Of a DNA stretch of 32,000 nt, positions 31,231-32,000 are shown piece after piece. The position numbers and the translations under genes were made by a program. Under the pieces are notes generated by a model. The model saw only the letters and a program-made list of their open reading frames with translations, was not told where the DNA came from and did no database searches. This DNA comes from Nitrosococcus oceani ATCC 19707. Lineage in GTDB: Bacteria; Pseudomonadota; Gammaproteobacteria; Nitrosococcales; Nitrosococcaceae. The stretch's first letter is position 1. Each line of letters opens with the position of its first letter. The stretch is from assembly GCF_000012805.1 (NCBI RefSeq), contig NC_007483.1, positions 8,421-40,420 of the forward strand, given 5' to 3'.

Positions 31231-32000
31231 TTAAGCTGTTGTTGACTCTATCCGTATGGCCTTGCGCTCGGTGTGAGCTTCCTCCTCAGCTACTTGCTTC
31301 GCCCACTCATTGAGCTTTTCGTCCAGGATGCTGTAAATCTCTTGGGTCATATCAGCAAAGTGCTCGATGCGCCCTTTGCTGGCGCGCTTAAGCCAATCTT
31401 TTACTCGATCGCGTTCCAGCCCCAATTCAGTAATGCGCGCTTCTAGGCGCCGATGTTGAGCTGGCGTGATCTGTTGTCGTTGTAATTTATCTTTCTCATT
31501 TTCACTTTGCGTACTTTGATCCTGGCTACGATTTTTTTCTGAATTTTTATGCGAGTCCGCTCCAATTCTGCTCTGTGCCCCGTCTTCCAAATCCTGGGTG
31601 AACACTTCGCTAAGCCCGGCCATTCGTAATACAGCATCTATCATCGCGCTCTTTTCGGCCATTTTTAGGGTCTTATTCAAATCGTCACCATCCTTGGAGG
31701 CATTGCGGGCACCAACTCCATCGGCCATCACAAGGCCGCTTGTGTTCTTGATCTCGCAGCGCAAGATCACCTGCTTGATGCCCGCGCCAGAAATTGCTGC
31801 CTGTTCATAGTCCGGTAGCGTGGGGAAGCGAACCGTGACACCAAGCATACCGCAAATCTTCTCGGCTCCCGGCTTGAGCAGACTAGGCTTACTCCAGTGT
31901 TTCGAATTCGGGCACTCCCCTGCCTTGCCCTGGGCCGCATACTGACATTTATTCTTGCCCACACTGTGGATACGGCCGTAATCAACGCCTTCCACCAATG
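31231..32000 (-). CDS. Phage-type protein, possibly a recombination or ssDNA-binding function (partial; 5' end probably outside the window)
   Basis: The ORF is open to the window edge. Conserved-looking blocks are LLKPGAEKICGMLGV and NKTLKMAEKSAMIDAVLRMAGLSEVFTQDLED. The C-terminus ITPAQHRRLEARITELGLERDRVKDWL...IEHFADMTQEIY resembles helper motifs seen in phage replication and recombination proteins. The family is not firmly recognised. Confidence 0.45.
   Translation of the reverse strand, partial: LVEGVDYGRIHSVGKNKCQYAAQGKAGECPNSKHWSKPSLLKPGAEKICGMLGVTVRFPTLPDYEQAAISGAGIKQVILRCEIKNTSGLVMADGVGARNASKDGDDLNKTLKMAEKSAMIDAVLRMAGLSEVFTQDLEDGAQSRIGADSHKNSEKNRSQDQSTQSENEKDKLQRQQITPAQHRRLEARITELGLERDRVKDWLKRASKGRIEHFADMTQEIYSILDEKLNEWAKQVAEEEAHTERKAIRIESTTA

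Noticed and set aside
1-32000. Looked for CRISPR arrays, tRNA or rRNA genes and complete IS elements
   Set aside because: I saw no regularly spaced short direct repeats, no cloverleaf-like or rRNA-like conserved stretches, and no intact transposase with terminal inverted repeats. This was by-eye inspection only, so small RNAs could have been missed.

Overview
The window reads as a plasmid or mobile-element segment from a proteobacterium, with a mosaic composition. GC-rich blocks by eye are 3.7-4.7 kb, 8.5-10.5 kb and 24.2-27.7 kb; the AT-rich replicon region is 27.8-30.7 kb. Backbone functions are parA-parB with two copies of an 18-bp perfect palindrome (candidate parS), a KfrA-like coiled-coil gene with an internal 2 x 285 bp tandem repeat and a 32-bp palindromic operator, and an IncFII-type repA with an apparent antisense-RNA and leader-peptide control region and iteron-like repeats. 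There are also XRE regulators and a phage-like module (Gp157 family) at the right edge. Accessory genes are a tyrosine integrase, a Hin-like serine recombinase, SelO, two lipoproteins, and a secreted-protein gene bracketed by 39-bp inverted repeats. The central 11-26 kb is a dense defence island. It holds a DUF2188-TIR pair and an AbiEi/AbiEii module (both between two paralogous WGR genes), an Abi_2 gene, and a MazEF-like pair coupled to a DUF457 membrane hydrolase. The most interesting locus is a tightly coupled three-gene operon at 15588-21760. It encodes an MmeI-family methyltransferase/specificity protein whose N-terminal nuclease motif looks degenerate, an SF2 DEAH helicase, and a T5orf172 (GIY-YIG-like) protein. 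I could not match this combination to any defence system I know. No tRNA, rRNA or CRISPR array was seen. All calls rest on by-eye motif recognition; nothing was searched or computed.
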